From Alteromonadales bacterium (lineage in GTDB: Bacteria > Pseudomonadota > Gammaproteobacteria > Enterobacterales > GCA-2746155): a DNA stretch of 34,847 nucleotides. The notes beneath the pieces are model-generated. The model was not told where the DNA came from. It did no database searches and saw only the letters and a list, made by a program, of their open reading frames with translations. This document shows positions 8,922 through 18,852 of the stretch, in pieces (within the stretch, counting starts at the first letter, position 1; every line of letters starts with the position of its first letter). The translations under genes and the position numbers were made by a program. Location of the stretch: positions 1 to 34,847 of the forward strand of contig CAXRAF010000072.1 in NCBI GenBank assembly GCA_964228485.1, in the 5' to 3' direction.

Positions 8922-10868
8922 ATGCTCGAAGCTATTCGCAATAAATCCAAAGGCCCGGTTGCCAAATTTGTAATTGGCTTAATTGTCATTCCATTTGCAT
9001 TTACTGGAGTCTATTCTTATTTTAATTCTGGCTCAGCAAACGTAGTAGCTGTAGTGAATGATTCGGAAATCACATTACGTGACTTCGAACAGGCATACAG
9101 AAACCAGCAACAAAGTTGGGGTGAGAATTTTGACCGTTTTTTCAACACCGATGAACGGTTACAGCAATTCAGAACCAGTGTGCTCGATCAATTGATTAAT
9201 CAAAGATTGTCAACCCAAGCTCTGAGAGACATGGGGTTGCGTGGCAGTGATGAAGACATCAAACAGCAGATTCTATCGACTACTCAGTTTCAAGATGAAA
9301 ACGGTAATTTTGACCTGGATGTTTACAATCTGGTTTTACAGACAGCCGGTTTCACTCCTGAGCAATATCAGGCAGCACTAAAATCGGACATTGCTTCTAA
9401 CCAATTTTTTAATGGCTTGTCGACCACTAACTTCAGCTTGGAATATGAGCTGCTTCGTCATCAAATGCTCGAGACACAAACGCGTGACATTGAATACCTG
9501 ACCATCGCCAAGTCTGCCTTCGCTGAAACCTTTGATTTCTCAACCGAAGAGGGGCAGCAGGAACTTCAGAATTACTATGATACCAATCAGGCACGTTTTA
9601 AGATTCCAGAGAAAGTGTCTATTAGTTACTTACTGCTGAAGAAGAGTAACTTCATGGATAATGAGATTACCGAGCAGGAAATCCTTGATTACTACGAGGA
9701 CAACAGTGATCGATTCACCGGCACGAATCGCCGTAGAATTGCGCACATTCTTGTGAACGTCGCTGTCGATGCTGATCAGGCAGCAATCGATGCAGCGCTG
9801 GCTAAGATTACTGAGGCTAAGGCTGCGATTGATGCAGGTGAGTCGTTCGAGGGGGCTGTTGCCAGCTACTCAGAAGATCTGGTGTCTGCTGAAATGGGCG
9901 GAGAATTTGGCTGGGTTGAGTCTGGCATGGGTTTAGATGAGGCATTTGAGGAAGCCGCACTGACACTTGCTGAAGTGGGTAGCATTTCTGAGATTGTGCG
10001 AAGTTCATTTGGTTTTCACCTCTTGAAGCTACTCGAATCAGAATCATCAACAGCACAACCATTAGAAGATGTTCGTGATGAAATTGTCACAGCACTGCAG
10101 GAAACTATCGCTGATGATCGTTTCTACGAAGCTAAAGAAATGGTTGCTGAGCGAGCGTTCGAATACAGCGATAGTCTGGATGAAGCGGCTCAGTCAGTTA
10201 ACATGACTGTGAAAACCAGCCCGATGTTCGACCGTCAGTTTGGTATCGGTTTGCCAACTGACTTGCAAGCAAACCCAGAGGTCTTGACGGTTGCATTCTC
10301 CGATGAGGTATTACTCGATGATCTTAACTCCGAGGTGATTGAGCTTGATGAAGATAATGCTGTGGTATTGCGTAAAGCATCATACCAAGAGGAGGGCGTG
10401 CGAGCCTTTGCTGATGTCTCTGCAAATATTGAACAAATCCTGACCCAGCAGCGTGTCAGTGAAAAGGCGGCCGAAACGGCATCTGCCGTGCTAGCAGCCG
10501 TGAAGACGGGTGATACATTAGATGCGATCAATGCCACACTCACAGATACCGGTATTACTTTGAACTGGCAGTCTCAGGCAGGATTATCGCGAACCGGTAC
10601 CGAGGTAGACAGTCGTATTCGTGAAGAGGCTTTTGTGATGAATCTGGATACCAATACGGTTAGTCAGGTAGGCATGACCTCAGGTGACTATGCCATTGTG
10701 CGACTATCGGCTGTCAATGAGCCAGAGTCAGATGTTACTGCTGCATTAGCGCATCAAGAAAAATTTACTAACTTCTATCGTGAATCCGAGCTCAGCGCTT
10801 ATATCAAACAACTGGATGCCAACGCCGATATTCAGCGTCGTTTGAGTAACACAGATATTATTCAGTAA
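8922..10868 (+). CDS. ppiD: Membrane-anchored periplasmic chaperone/parvulin PPIase D
   Basis: N-terminal TM anchor, SurA-like N domain, parvulin motifs AHILV...YSED...GGEFG...SSFGFHL; 648 aa; synteny. Confidence 0.93.
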   Translation: MLEAIRNKSKGPVAKFVIGLIVIPFAFTGVYSYFNSGSANVVAVVNDSEITLRDFEQAYRNQQQSWGENFDRFFNTDERLQQFRTSVLDQLINQRLSTQALRDMGLRGSDEDIKQQILSTTQFQDENGNFDLDVYNLVLQTAGFTPEQYQAALKSDIASNQFFNGLSTTNFSLEYELLRHQMLETQTRDIEYLTIAKSAFAETFDFSTEEGQQELQNYYDTNQARFKIPEKVSISYLLLKKSNFMDNEITEQEILDYYEDNSDRFTGTNRRRIAHILVNVAVDADQAAIDAALAKITEAKAAIDAGESFEGAVASYSEDLVSAEMGGEFGWVESGMGLDEAFEEAALTLAEVGSISEIVRSSFGFHLLKLLESESSTAQPLEDVRDEIVTALQETIADDRFYEAKEMVAERAFEYSDSLDEAAQSVNMTVKTSPMFDRQFGIGLPTDLQANPEVLTVAFSDEVLLDDLNSEVIELDEDNAVVLRKASYQEEGVRAFADVSANIEQILTQQRVSEKAAETASAVLAAVKTGDTLDAINATLTDTGITLNWQSQAGLSRTGTEVDSRIREEAFVMNLDTNTVSQVGMTSGDYAIVRLSAVNEPESDVTAALAHQEKFTNFYRESELSAYIKQLDANADIQRRLSNTDIIQ

Positions 10869-10877
10869 GCTCAACAA

Positions 10878-11822
10878 TTAGGAGTTGTCATCCAGGAGAT
10901 GGCAACTCGCTATCCTATCACTTATAGTCCGCAAATCCGGACACTCTGTTCGACATAAATCAGTCGCATTCTGGCAACGGTCATAATAAACGCAGGCTGA
11001 CATATTGGCATCCATCGTCGCAGAGGTTTTGATTTTAGGATGGTAGATGTTGACATCCAAAAAGTCCTGAGTGTAGGGATGTTTGGGCTGATTCATAATT
11101 GTATCAGCAGGACCATACTCAACAATTCTACCGCGACATAACACCAAGACGTTATCGCACATATGCTTAATCACATTGGCATCCTGGGTCACGATAATAA
11201 ATGAAATGCCAAGGTCCTTTTGCAGGTCAAGCATCAAATTAATGATCTGTGACTGGGCAGAAGACTCCAATGATGACAACGGCTCGTCAGCAATAATACA
11301 GATAGGCTCCATCACTAACGCTCGCGCAATTGCGATACGTTGTCGCTCACCAGCAGAAAACGAGTGCGGTCTACGAGTGATGTATTCTTCTTTGAGTCCC
11401 ACCAGATTAATGACCTTTTTTATCCGAGCCTGCTGCTCATCCGGATCGAGCGATGTCATATTCGTGAGCGGTTCAAGCAGTATTTGTCCTAGCGTTAAAC
11501 TGGGGTTCAATGATCCTTGAGTATCTTGAAACACCATGCGAATACGTCGATTGTGTTGCAGGCGTTTTGATTCGGACAGCTTAGATATGATTTTGTTATC
11601 AATGTAGAGCACACCCTCATCAGGTTCGTGTGCGCCAACTAAAATTTTTGCCAGAGTTGATTTCCCAGATCCCGACTCACCCAGTATGCAGAGCGTCTCT
11701 CCCTCTGTGACATCAAATGAGATATCTTTGAGTGCCCAAAAACATTCAGTGTCATTACCCCAGCTTGTTTTATTGAGATATTTTTTGGCTATTCTCGCGG
11801 CGACAACGGCTGGTTTATTCAT
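10878..11822 (-). CDS. sapF: Peptide ABC transporter ATPase (SapF/DppF-like)
   Basis: GESGSGKS, FSAGERQR, IADEP, PKHPYT and C-terminal Cys cluster; last gene of the operon next to pspF. Confidence 0.75.
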   Translation of the reverse strand: MNKPAVVAARIAKKYLNKTSWGNDTECFWALKDISFDVTEGETLCILGESGSGKSTLAKILVGAHEPDEGVLYIDNKIISKLSESKRLQHNRRIRMVFQDTQGSLNPSLTLGQILLEPLTNMTSLDPDEQQARIKKVINLVGLKEEYITRRPHSFSAGERQRIAIARALVMEPICIIADEPLSSLESSAQSQIINLMLDLQKDLGISFIIVTQDANVIKHMCDNVLVLCRGRIVEYGPADTIMNQPKHPYTQDFLDVNIYHPKIKTSATMDANMSACVYYDRCQNATDLCRTECPDLRTISDRIASCHLLDDNS

Positions 11823-12792
11823 CGGCTTTGACTCCGACCGGGAAATGACAGCGGATCATGTGATGATCCTCAACGATGGGCTTAGGGGCATGGACGCACT
11901 TGGTGTCGGCGTTGGCACATCTAGGTCCCAGATAGCAGCCGACTGGTAAATTTTGTAATGACGGCTTGGAGCCTTTAAGTGCTGGTACCTGCGATTTAGG
12001 TTCAAAAGACCAGTTGACAGGTATACCTGAGAGTATTGACAGCGTGTATGGGTGTCGAGCCCGATTGAATATGGTTTCTTTGCTGCCTGATTCAACGACC
12101 TGTGAGCAGTACATGATACTGATGTGATCTGCGCTGTTACGAAGCATTTGCAGGTCATGGCTAATCAAAATCATGGCCATATTTCTTTGTCTGACCAAAT
12201 CATTGAGAAGCATCATCATTTGATATGCCTCAGTCGGAGGAAGCTCGGTGGTCGGTTCATCAGCAATCAGCAACTTTGGATCACAGGCCAATGCGATAGC
12301 AATCATGACTCGTTGCAGAACCCCGGCGGTCAACTGATGTGGATAGCTGTTCAAAATGGCATCAATATTATTAATACCAACATCCGTCAGCAGTTGTTCG
12401 CTACGTGATAGACACTCTGACTTACTCTTGTACCCATGTTCCTGAAGTGTTTCACGAAGTTGTGTTTTAATCTTGAAACAGGGATTGAGGGATTCCTTGG
12501 GCTCTTGAAAAATAATCGATACGTCTTGATACAGGGTTTCTCTGCGTCGTTTATGTGACATTGTCAAAATATCTTCACCATTAAGCGCTAGTCTGTCAGC
12601 CTTAATTCGTGTATTGCTCCCCAACAACCCCATAATCGCGAGCATGGCAATCGACTTACCTGAGCCTGACTCACCGATGATGCCATGATAAGCGCCTTCC
12701 TCGATGCGCATGGTGAAATCATCGAGTGCCTTAAACCAGCCTCGGGGTGAATTAAACTCTACGGTTAAATTGTCGACTTGAAGGAGTGCCAT
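11815..12792 (-). CDS. sapD: Peptide ABC transporter ATPase (SapD/DppD-like)
   Basis: GESGSGKS, YPHQLTAG, IADEPT, HPYT, GCYLGPRC...C...CHFP. Confidence 0.8.
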   Translation of the reverse strand: MALLQVDNLTVEFNSPRGWFKALDDFTMRIEEGAYHGIIGESGSGKSIAMLAIMGLLGSNTRIKADRLALNGEDILTMSHKRRRETLYQDVSIIFQEPKESLNPCFKIKTQLRETLQEHGYKSKSECLSRSEQLLTDVGINNIDAILNSYPHQLTAGVLQRVMIAIALACDPKLLIADEPTTELPPTEAYQMMMLLNDLVRQRNMAMILISHDLQMLRNSADHISIMYCSQVVESGSKETIFNRARHPYTLSILSGIPVNWSFEPKSQVPALKGSKPSLQNLPVGCYLGPRCANADTKCVHAPKPIVEDHHMIRCHFPVGVKADE

Positions 12793-13676
12793 TAGCGCTG
12801 TTTCCTCAGTCTTATGACTCGGCTTAAGCCATCGCCAATATAATTAATAAATAGCACCGTAATGAGAATAGCCAGTCCGGGCATTGTGACCGCCCATGGT
12901 GCGATATGCATCGAGACTCTGGCATCATACAGCATGGTTCCCCACTCAGCTGAAGGTGATTGTGCGCCAAAGCCCAGAAAGCCCAATAAGGTGATATCCA
13001 CGATGGCAATTGACAGTGCTAGTGTGACCTGCAATACCAACGGGGCAGTGATATTGGGAAATATTGATTTAAATAATATTCGATAGGTGGTTGCGCCATC
13101 TAACTTCGCTGCTTCGATGTAGGGTTTTTCGAGCTCATCTTCAACACTGGCAACTGTAGTGCGCACAAAGTTTGGCAACAGCACGATCATCACGGCAATA
13201 CCCGCATTGATCAGGCCGGGTCCGAGTAATGCCACAACGACCAGTGCCAACACCAGTGATGGAAAGGCAAAGATGACATCCATACTGCGCATGATGATGA
13301 GCATGGTATTACCACGCTTATAGGCACCTACAATACCCAAGCCAACACCGACTAGCATGGCAGCGGCGACAGACAGGAATGAAGTCCCGAGGGTCAGAGG
13401 TGCCCCCTGAATCAGACGCATGAGGATGTCACGGCCAAGTATGTCGGTTCCCAACAAAAAGGTAGTTGTGCCACTATCATGCCAGGACGGCGGCAGTAGT
13501 GGCTCTCCCTGAGCATGATCCGAGATGAAGGCACCGACGAGGGCAAATAGCATGATAAGCATAAAGCCAAGCAGACTGAATAGCGCCGGCTTATTGGTCT
13601 GGAAAATCAGCCAATTACTCTCCCTAACCGATCGTTTTGTTTCATCGTGTGGTAGAAGAGCCTTCAAGTTAATCAT
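12792..13676 (-). CDS. sapC: Peptide ABC transporter permease (SapC/DppC-like)
   Basis: LLPPSW, LGTDILGRD, EAA loop YIEAAKLDGA, LGFGAQSPSAEWG. Confidence 0.8.
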   Translation of the reverse strand: MINLKALLPHDETKRSVRESNWLIFQTNKPALFSLLGFMLIMLFALVGAFISDHAQGEPLLPPSWHDSGTTTFLLGTDILGRDILMRLIQGAPLTLGTSFLSVAAAMLVGVGLGIVGAYKRGNTMLIIMRSMDVIFAFPSLVLALVVVALLGPGLINAGIAVMIVLLPNFVRTTVASVEDELEKPYIEAAKLDGATTYRILFKSIFPNITAPLVLQVTLALSIAIVDITLLGFLGFGAQSPSAEWGTMLYDARVSMHIAPWAVTMPGLAILITVLFINYIGDGLSRVIRLRKQR

Positions 13677-14625
13677 GGTAAACTCTCGCCTTGGTATGTG
13701 CTTGAGGGTTAATTGCCAGAACGAAAAGCTCTATGATGGCATTGATCACAATCACCATCGTTGCTGTGATAAGAACGCCGCCGCCGAGCGACATGTAGTC
13801 TGCCTCAGTTAGCGCATCGATTAGCCACTTACCGATACCGGCGCGTGCGAAGATATATTCAACTACCATTGCGCCGGTCATAAGCGTACTGATTTGGAGT
13901 GACAGTGCTTGAGTCATTGGGATAAGGGCATTCCTCAGACCATGATGCCAGTATATATTGAACTCACTCAACCCCTTGGCTTGTGCCGTCTTGATATAAT
14001 CCTCATTGAGTACATTCAGCATCGCCTGTCGGGTGACACGGATGGTGATGGCCATTGGCAATGTCGCTAATGTCAGTACCGGTAGTATCAGATGCGCGAT
14101 GGCATCGTAGAAAGCTTCGAGGCGGTAACTTCGATCGGAGAGCAGGGTATCAATCAGCATAAAACCGGTCACTGAATCAATATCATATATAAAGCTGAGC
14201 CGACCAGCGACGGGTGTCAGCTTGAAGCCTAGTGAAAAATACACGATTAGGATAATTGCCCACCAAAATACCGGCATTGAGTACGCAGCAATGGATAAAT
14301 TATTTATCACGGTGTCGGTGGTTGAGCGATGTTTCCTTGCTATGAGAACACCTAGCGGTATGCCAACCATGACTGCCAATCCTGTCGCGAGAATCACTAA
14401 CTCCAGCGAGGCGGGAAGATGACCCATGAATGATTCGAACACATCTTTTGATGTGACACTTGAAATACCTAAATCTCCGGCAAACAGACCACTGAGATAA
14501 GTAAAGAATCCTATTTGTCCACTCGCCATCGGGTCGAGGCTAGTAATGAGTGCAAAGCATACAAGACATATCCCCACATAAGATACGGTGATGAAGAATA
14601 ATTGTCTCAGTAGCAGATTTTTCAC
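13669..14625 (-). CDS. sapB: Peptide ABC transporter permease (SapB/DppB-like)
   Basis: GDLGISS, PASLEL, YSMPVFWW, VTGFMLID, YIKTAQAKGL, HGLRNA; GTGA overlap with the upstream gene. Confidence 0.8.
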   Translation of the reverse strand: MKNLLLRQLFFITVSYVGICLVCFALITSLDPMASGQIGFFTYLSGLFAGDLGISSVTSKDVFESFMGHLPASLELVILATGLAVMVGIPLGVLIARKHRSTTDTVINNLSIAAYSMPVFWWAIILIVYFSLGFKLTPVAGRLSFIYDIDSVTGFMLIDTLLSDRSYRLEAFYDAIAHLILPVLTLATLPMAITIRVTRQAMLNVLNEDYIKTAQAKGLSEFNIYWHHGLRNALIPMTQALSLQISTLMTGAMVVEYIFARAGIGKWLIDALTEADYMSLGGGVLITATMVIVINAIIELFVLAINPQAHTKARVYHD

Positions 14626-16250
14626 TCGGCACCTTTCTCGATACGGGTGAAATTAACGCCACCGAGTGATTCGATGGTGATGCTCTTCAACGATTTGCGT
14701 GCTACCAGCGTTTCCTCACCTGTTGCAATGGGCAATAATGGTAATTGCTCGGCTATCATCGATTGAATCGCAAAATAGCGCTGTCTTTTTTGATCAATAT
14801 CTTGGCTGTTAATGGCTTCATTAATCAGATTGTCCAGAAAGGCACTACACCAAAACGTGCGGTTGGTTTTTGCATCAATGGCATTACAACTAATTAGTGC
14901 ATTTAAAAAGTCACCGGGATTATGATTGTCAGCTACCCACCCCAGAAGGGCAAGGTCGTGCTCTCCTTCATTGACCTTATCAAGGTAGGTACTCCACTCG
15001 TAGGTCACAATAGTTGTTTGCACCCCAACTGCTTGAAGATCTTCCTGTATCAATTCTGCCATAAGGGTACCGTTGGGATTGTATGAGCGTTGCACAGGTA
15101 GAGCCCATAGCTCCAGTGAGATATCGCCAAGCGTCAATTCTTCTATAATCGCTTTCGCGCGCTCAGGATCATAATCGACAGTCGTCAGATTGGCGTTATG
15201 GTAGGGCGCCATAGAAGGCGGTATCAAGGAATTATTGCTTATACCCAAGTCACCGTAGACCTGCTCTTTAATACGTTGTTTATTGATCGCCATCGCCACA
15301 GCTGTTCTGAAACGAATATCCGACATGGGGCGCTTTTGAATATTGAATGCCATAAAACCGATATTTAGACCAGGCTTATGCAACAGTTGAATATCCTGAT
15401 CATTAACCAGCAGATCATATTGGCTCTTCGGTGGATTCAACATCATGTCACATTCACCGGATACCAGCCGTGCATAGCGGGTCGCCGAGTCAGGTGTAAT
15501 GGCATAAATCAGGTGTTCGATAGTCGACTTGCCGTCATAGTAATCGGCATGAGCAAAGTAGCGGATAAAGCTATTGTCTTGATATTTATTGAGCTTGAAT
15601 GGCCCTGTGCCCACTGGTAGTAGATCGAATTGTGTCCTGTCCAGTGAGGTACGCTCAATAAAATCGGCGTACTCTTTGGACAGAATCGAAGCAAAATCCA
15701 TGGATAGGCTATACAAGAACGAGGCATCAGGCGCACGCAGTTCGAACGACACCAGCAAATCCCCCATTGCATTAACACTTAGGAGGTTATCTCGTAAGCC
15801 AGTTGAGTGCAGATAATAGTAGCCACCATTACCATGAAATGGATGACTGGTATCAAGCTGTCGTTGGAAAGAGAATATGATATCTGTTGCATTCATCGGG
15901 CGAGTTGGCTCAAACCAATGAGTTCGGTGAAATTGGATATCAGGTCTCAGGGTCAGCAAATAATTCAGACCATCATCAGATATTTGCCAATGGGATGCCA
16001 GAGACGGGATGACATTGCCATTATCATCATCAATTTCAACCAGACGATTAAACAGTACCCGCGAGCTGGCATTAAAATCTGTGAATGAGGTGCCGACGTT
16101 GGGATTAAAATTATCGGGAGCACCGTCTGAACAGAAAATAAGGCTTTGTTGGTGTAACAGAGATGAATTGTTATCAGTACAACCTGCACCGGCAATGATC
16201 ACCCAAGCGATGATGACAACAAAAAGTGACTTATGCGGCATACTGATCAT
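14622..16250 (-). CDS. sapA: Peptide ABC transporter substrate-binding protein, family 5 (SapA/DppA-like), probable lipoprotein
   Basis: Signal ending GAGC, FNRLV, PSLASHW, PVGTGPF, PVQRSYNPN, GWVADN; directly downstream of pspF as in enterobacteria. Confidence 0.8.
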   Translation of the reverse strand: MISMPHKSLFVVIIAWVIIAGAGCTDNNSSLLHQQSLIFCSDGAPDNFNPNVGTSFTDFNASSRVLFNRLVEIDDDNGNVIPSLASHWQISDDGLNYLLTLRPDIQFHRTHWFEPTRPMNATDIIFSFQRQLDTSHPFHGNGGYYYLHSTGLRDNLLSVNAMGDLLVSFELRAPDASFLYSLSMDFASILSKEYADFIERTSLDRTQFDLLPVGTGPFKLNKYQDNSFIRYFAHADYYDGKSTIEHLIYAITPDSATRYARLVSGECDMMLNPPKSQYDLLVNDQDIQLLHKPGLNIGFMAFNIQKRPMSDIRFRTAVAMAINKQRIKEQVYGDLGISNNSLIPPSMAPYHNANLTTVDYDPERAKAIIEELTLGDISLELWALPVQRSYNPNGTLMAELIQEDLQAVGVQTTIVTYEWSTYLDKVNEGEHDLALLGWVADNHNPGDFLNALISCNAIDAKTNRTFWCSAFLDNLINEAINSQDIDQKRQRYFAIQSMIAEQLPLLPIATGEETLVARKSLKSITIESLGGVNFTRIEKGAE

Positions 16251-16347
16251 TTAAATAGGCCTTAATTTAACTGTGGCTAAGTGTACACCACAATAGGAAT
16301 TCTACCTAGATAACATGGCACAGAATGTTAGATACTTTTGTCCAATA

Positions 16348-17391
16348 TTACTCCGAGCTGTCAGAGTCCAACAGATTATATTTCTTGAGGTAGCCTCGAA
16401 GTTGATGATAGGTCAATTGCAGTAGCTCAGCAGTTTTTTTCTGATTGAATTGAGCCGCTGCTAGAGCCGCCTTAATAATGCGAATTTCATGGTCTTGACT
16501 GGTGGTTTTGAGATCCAGCGGGAAAGTGAATTGTTCGCGCGTTTGTCCCACTTGAGGATTGTCGACTGATGGTGTCTCAGGTTTATTGGCCAGACGCCAG
16601 GGTGACTTAAACGGATTAAAACTGATATGTCTGATTAATTCTTCAGCTCCAGCACGATACACATTTCGCTCGACCACATTCTTCAGTTCACGAATGTTAC
16701 CTGGCCATTGATACGCCAAGAGTGCATCAAGTGCTTCTGGCGCGAAGCCGGCAAAATATTCACGCTGCAATTCACGTGTCATGTTGACGGCAAAATACTC
16801 TGCTAATAAGGGTATATCCTCAATTCGCTCTCTGAGTGGGGGCAAGGTAATCACGTCAAATGCCAGACGGTCCAGTAAATCAGCACGGAAATTTCCTTGC
16901 TCGGCCAGATCAGGTAAGTCTTCGTTGGTGGCGCAAATCAAGCGGACATTTGTCTTCAGTGTTTTATTCCCACCCACACGCTCATACTCGCCATACTCAA
17001 TGACCCGCAATAACTTTTCCTGCACTAAACCGGAGGAGGTGGCTAGTTCATCCAGAAATAGTGTGCCTCCATCCGCGCGTTCAAAACGACCGGTGTGTCG
17101 CTTGCCTGCTCCGGTAAATGCGCCTGATTCGTGACCAAATAACTCTGTTTCCAATAGCGACTCATTAATGGCTGCACAGTTCATTGTGACAAAGGGTTGA
17201 TCCCACCGTCTTGAGAGGTAATGCAGTCGGCCGGCGACCAGCTCTTTACCGGTACCGCGTTCACCGACAACCAGAACTGGTTTATCCAACGGTGCGACCT
17301 GAGAGATATGCTCAAGTGTTTCCAGAAAGTGGGCTGATTCACCGATCAGATTATCGCGTTCATTGGTAGAACGATTGGTATTGGCAGTCAT
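16348..17391 (-). CDS. pspF: Phage shock protein operon sigma54 activator
   Basis: No N-terminal regulatory domain; GERGTGKE, LHYLSRRW, GAFTGA, LFLDE, RADLLDRL, C-terminal HTH LTYHQLRGYLKKY; divergent from pspA. Confidence 0.95.
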   Translation of the reverse strand: MTANTNRSTNERDNLIGESAHFLETLEHISQVAPLDKPVLVVGERGTGKELVAGRLHYLSRRWDQPFVTMNCAAINESLLETELFGHESGAFTGAGKRHTGRFERADGGTLFLDELATSSGLVQEKLLRVIEYGEYERVGGNKTLKTNVRLICATNEDLPDLAEQGNFRADLLDRLAFDVITLPPLRERIEDIPLLAEYFAVNMTRELQREYFAGFAPEALDALLAYQWPGNIRELKNVVERNVYRAGAEELIRHISFNPFKSPWRLANKPETPSVDNPQVGQTREQFTFPLDLKTTSQDHEIRIIKAALAAAQFNQKKTAELLQLTYHQLRGYLKKYNLLDSDSSE

Positions 17392-17405
17392 TTTGTTCTT
17401 GTTGA

Positions 17406-17441
17406 TGGTTAATTTTACTAATTATTGGTTGAATTGTTACA
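17406..17441. promoter_or_regulatory. Candidate PspF upstream activating sequences
   Basis: TGGTTAATTTTACTAA (17406-17421) and adjacent TTGGTTGAATTGTTACA resemble enterobacterial PspF UAS; about 100 nt upstream of the sigma54 site and overlapping the pspF promoter region. Confidence 0.5.
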
Positions 17442-17515
17442 CAGATACAACCTGCTTGGCTAGTTGAAATAAGCAAATGCTCGTCTTTTCAGTAGCTTAG
17501 GTTGATTTGAAATAG

Positions 17516-17532
17516 TTGGCACGATGGTTGTA
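17516..17532 (+). promoter_or_regulatory. Sigma54 (-24/-12) promoter of the psp operon
   Basis: TTGGCACGatggTTGTA: GG-N10-GT, with the TTGTA -12 variant also known from the E. coli pspA promoter. Confidence 0.85.
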
Positions 17533-17630
17533 TGTATGTAAGTAAAATGACGTAATCAAGATGATTGTTTGCAGATTGAGTAACGATTAGTTCACTGACA
17601 GCAATCCCATGAATACTTTGGAGACAAGGA

Positions 17631-17834
17631 ATGAAAATGAATAAAACACTAGAAGCTGTAGAGCCTCGACAAATTAAAGCGGTTGCCTCAGGCATTATCG
17701 CTGTCGTTGGATTGACACTAGCACTTATTGCTTTTGGTGTGGCTTGCGATCATGGAAGCCTAGCCAAGCAAGTAGTTGAAGCGGTTAGCCATGGGCCTGT
17801 CGGTGATGTGGTCAACGCGATTTATATTAGATAA
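17631..17834 (+). CDS. Small hypothetical single-pass membrane protein, first gene of the psp operon (alternative start 17637)
   Basis: GGAG RBS 7 nt before ATG 17631 and AAGGA 6 nt before ATG 17637; hydrophobic stretch AVASGIIAVVGLTLALIAFGVAC; fills the gap between the sigma54 promoter and pspA. Confidence 0.7.
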   Translation: MKMNKTLEAVEPRQIKAVASGIIAVVGLTLALIAFGVACDHGSLAKQVVEAVSHGPVGDVVNAIYIR

Positions 17835-17892
17835 GCAGTAATAAATAATTATTGTTAAAGTAGTAAGTAACTGAACCGAGAGGAATTGAAAC

Positions 17893-18579
17893 ATGGGCAT
17901 ATTTTCACGTTTTGCAGATATCGTAAATGCCAACCTGAATGCAATTTTGGATAAGGCCGAAGATCCTGCCAAAATGATCCGTCTAATCATCCAGGAAATG
18001 GAAGACACCCTGGTAGAAGTCAGAACAACTTCAGCAAGAACCATTGCGGAGAAGAAAGATCTCAACCGCAAGATTCAGCGTTTACGTGATGAAGCAGAGT
18101 CATGGCAGCAAAAAGCTGAATTGGCTTTGAGTAAAGAACGCGAAGATCTGGCTAAAGCGGCACTTGTCGAGCGCAAACAGGCGCAAGAAATGGTTGAAGA
18201 GATGGAAAAGCAACTTCAGGGTGTTGAAGATAGTCTGGATCAACTCAATACTGAGATAGGACAGTTGCAGGAAAAACTGCAAGATGCCAAGGCGCGTCAG
18301 TCTGCATTATTAATGCGTCATAAGACTGCCAGCTCTCGGTTAAAGGTTCGTGAAAAGCTATACAGCTCAAATGTCGATGATGCCATGGAGCGATTTGAAT
18401 CATTCGAGCGTAAGTTGGATAATCTCGAGGCAAATGTTGATGCTCAGTCACTAGGTCGTAAGAAAACCCTGGCTGAAGAAATCGACGGTCTGGAAGAAGA
18501 CGAAAAATTAGATGCAGAGCTAGCTGAACTTAAAGCCAAAATTAGTGGCAGCAAGACAGATAAAAAAGAGTCTAAATAA
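17893..18579 (+). CDS. pspA: Phage shock protein A
   Basis: MGIFSRFADIVNANLNAILDKAEDPAKMIRLIIQEMEDTLVEVR, coiled coil, FESFERK. Confidence 0.98.
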   Translation: MGIFSRFADIVNANLNAILDKAEDPAKMIRLIIQEMEDTLVEVRTTSARTIAEKKDLNRKIQRLRDEAESWQQKAELALSKEREDLAKAALVERKQAQEMVEEMEKQLQGVEDSLDQLNTEIGQLQEKLQDAKARQSALLMRHKTASSRLKVREKLYSSNVDDAMERFESFERKLDNLEANVDAQSLGRKKTLAEEIDGLEEDEKLDAELAELKAKISGSKTDKKESK

Positions 18580-18612
18580 TTCATCTAACTATAATAACTG
18601 AGGTTATCAACT

Positions 18613-18852
18613 ATGAGCGGATTAGAAGCAATCGGAGTTCCATTAATACTATTTATGATATTTGTGGCTCCAATTTGGGTCATCATGCACTACCGCACCG
18701 CATCAAAGAAGACCGCGGGGTTATCACAAGATGATCAGCAGTCTCTTCACGACTTGATGGAATCGGCTGACCGCATGGAGCAGCGCATCGAAGTGTTAGA
18801 GTCTATACTTGATGAAGAGACACCTGATTGGAGAAAAAAGTATGAGCAGTAA
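18613..18852 (+). CDS. pspB: Phage shock protein B
   Basis: PLILFMIFVAPIWVIMHY, LESILDEETPDWR. Confidence 0.95.
   Translation: MSGLEAIGVPLILFMIFVAPIWVIMHYRTASKKTAGLSQDDQQSLHDLMESADRMEQRIEVLESILDEETPDWRKKYEQ

Noticed and set aside
17489-17695. 68-aa minus-strand ORF upstream of pspF
   Set aside because: Overlaps the sigma54 promoter and the better-supported plus-strand ORF
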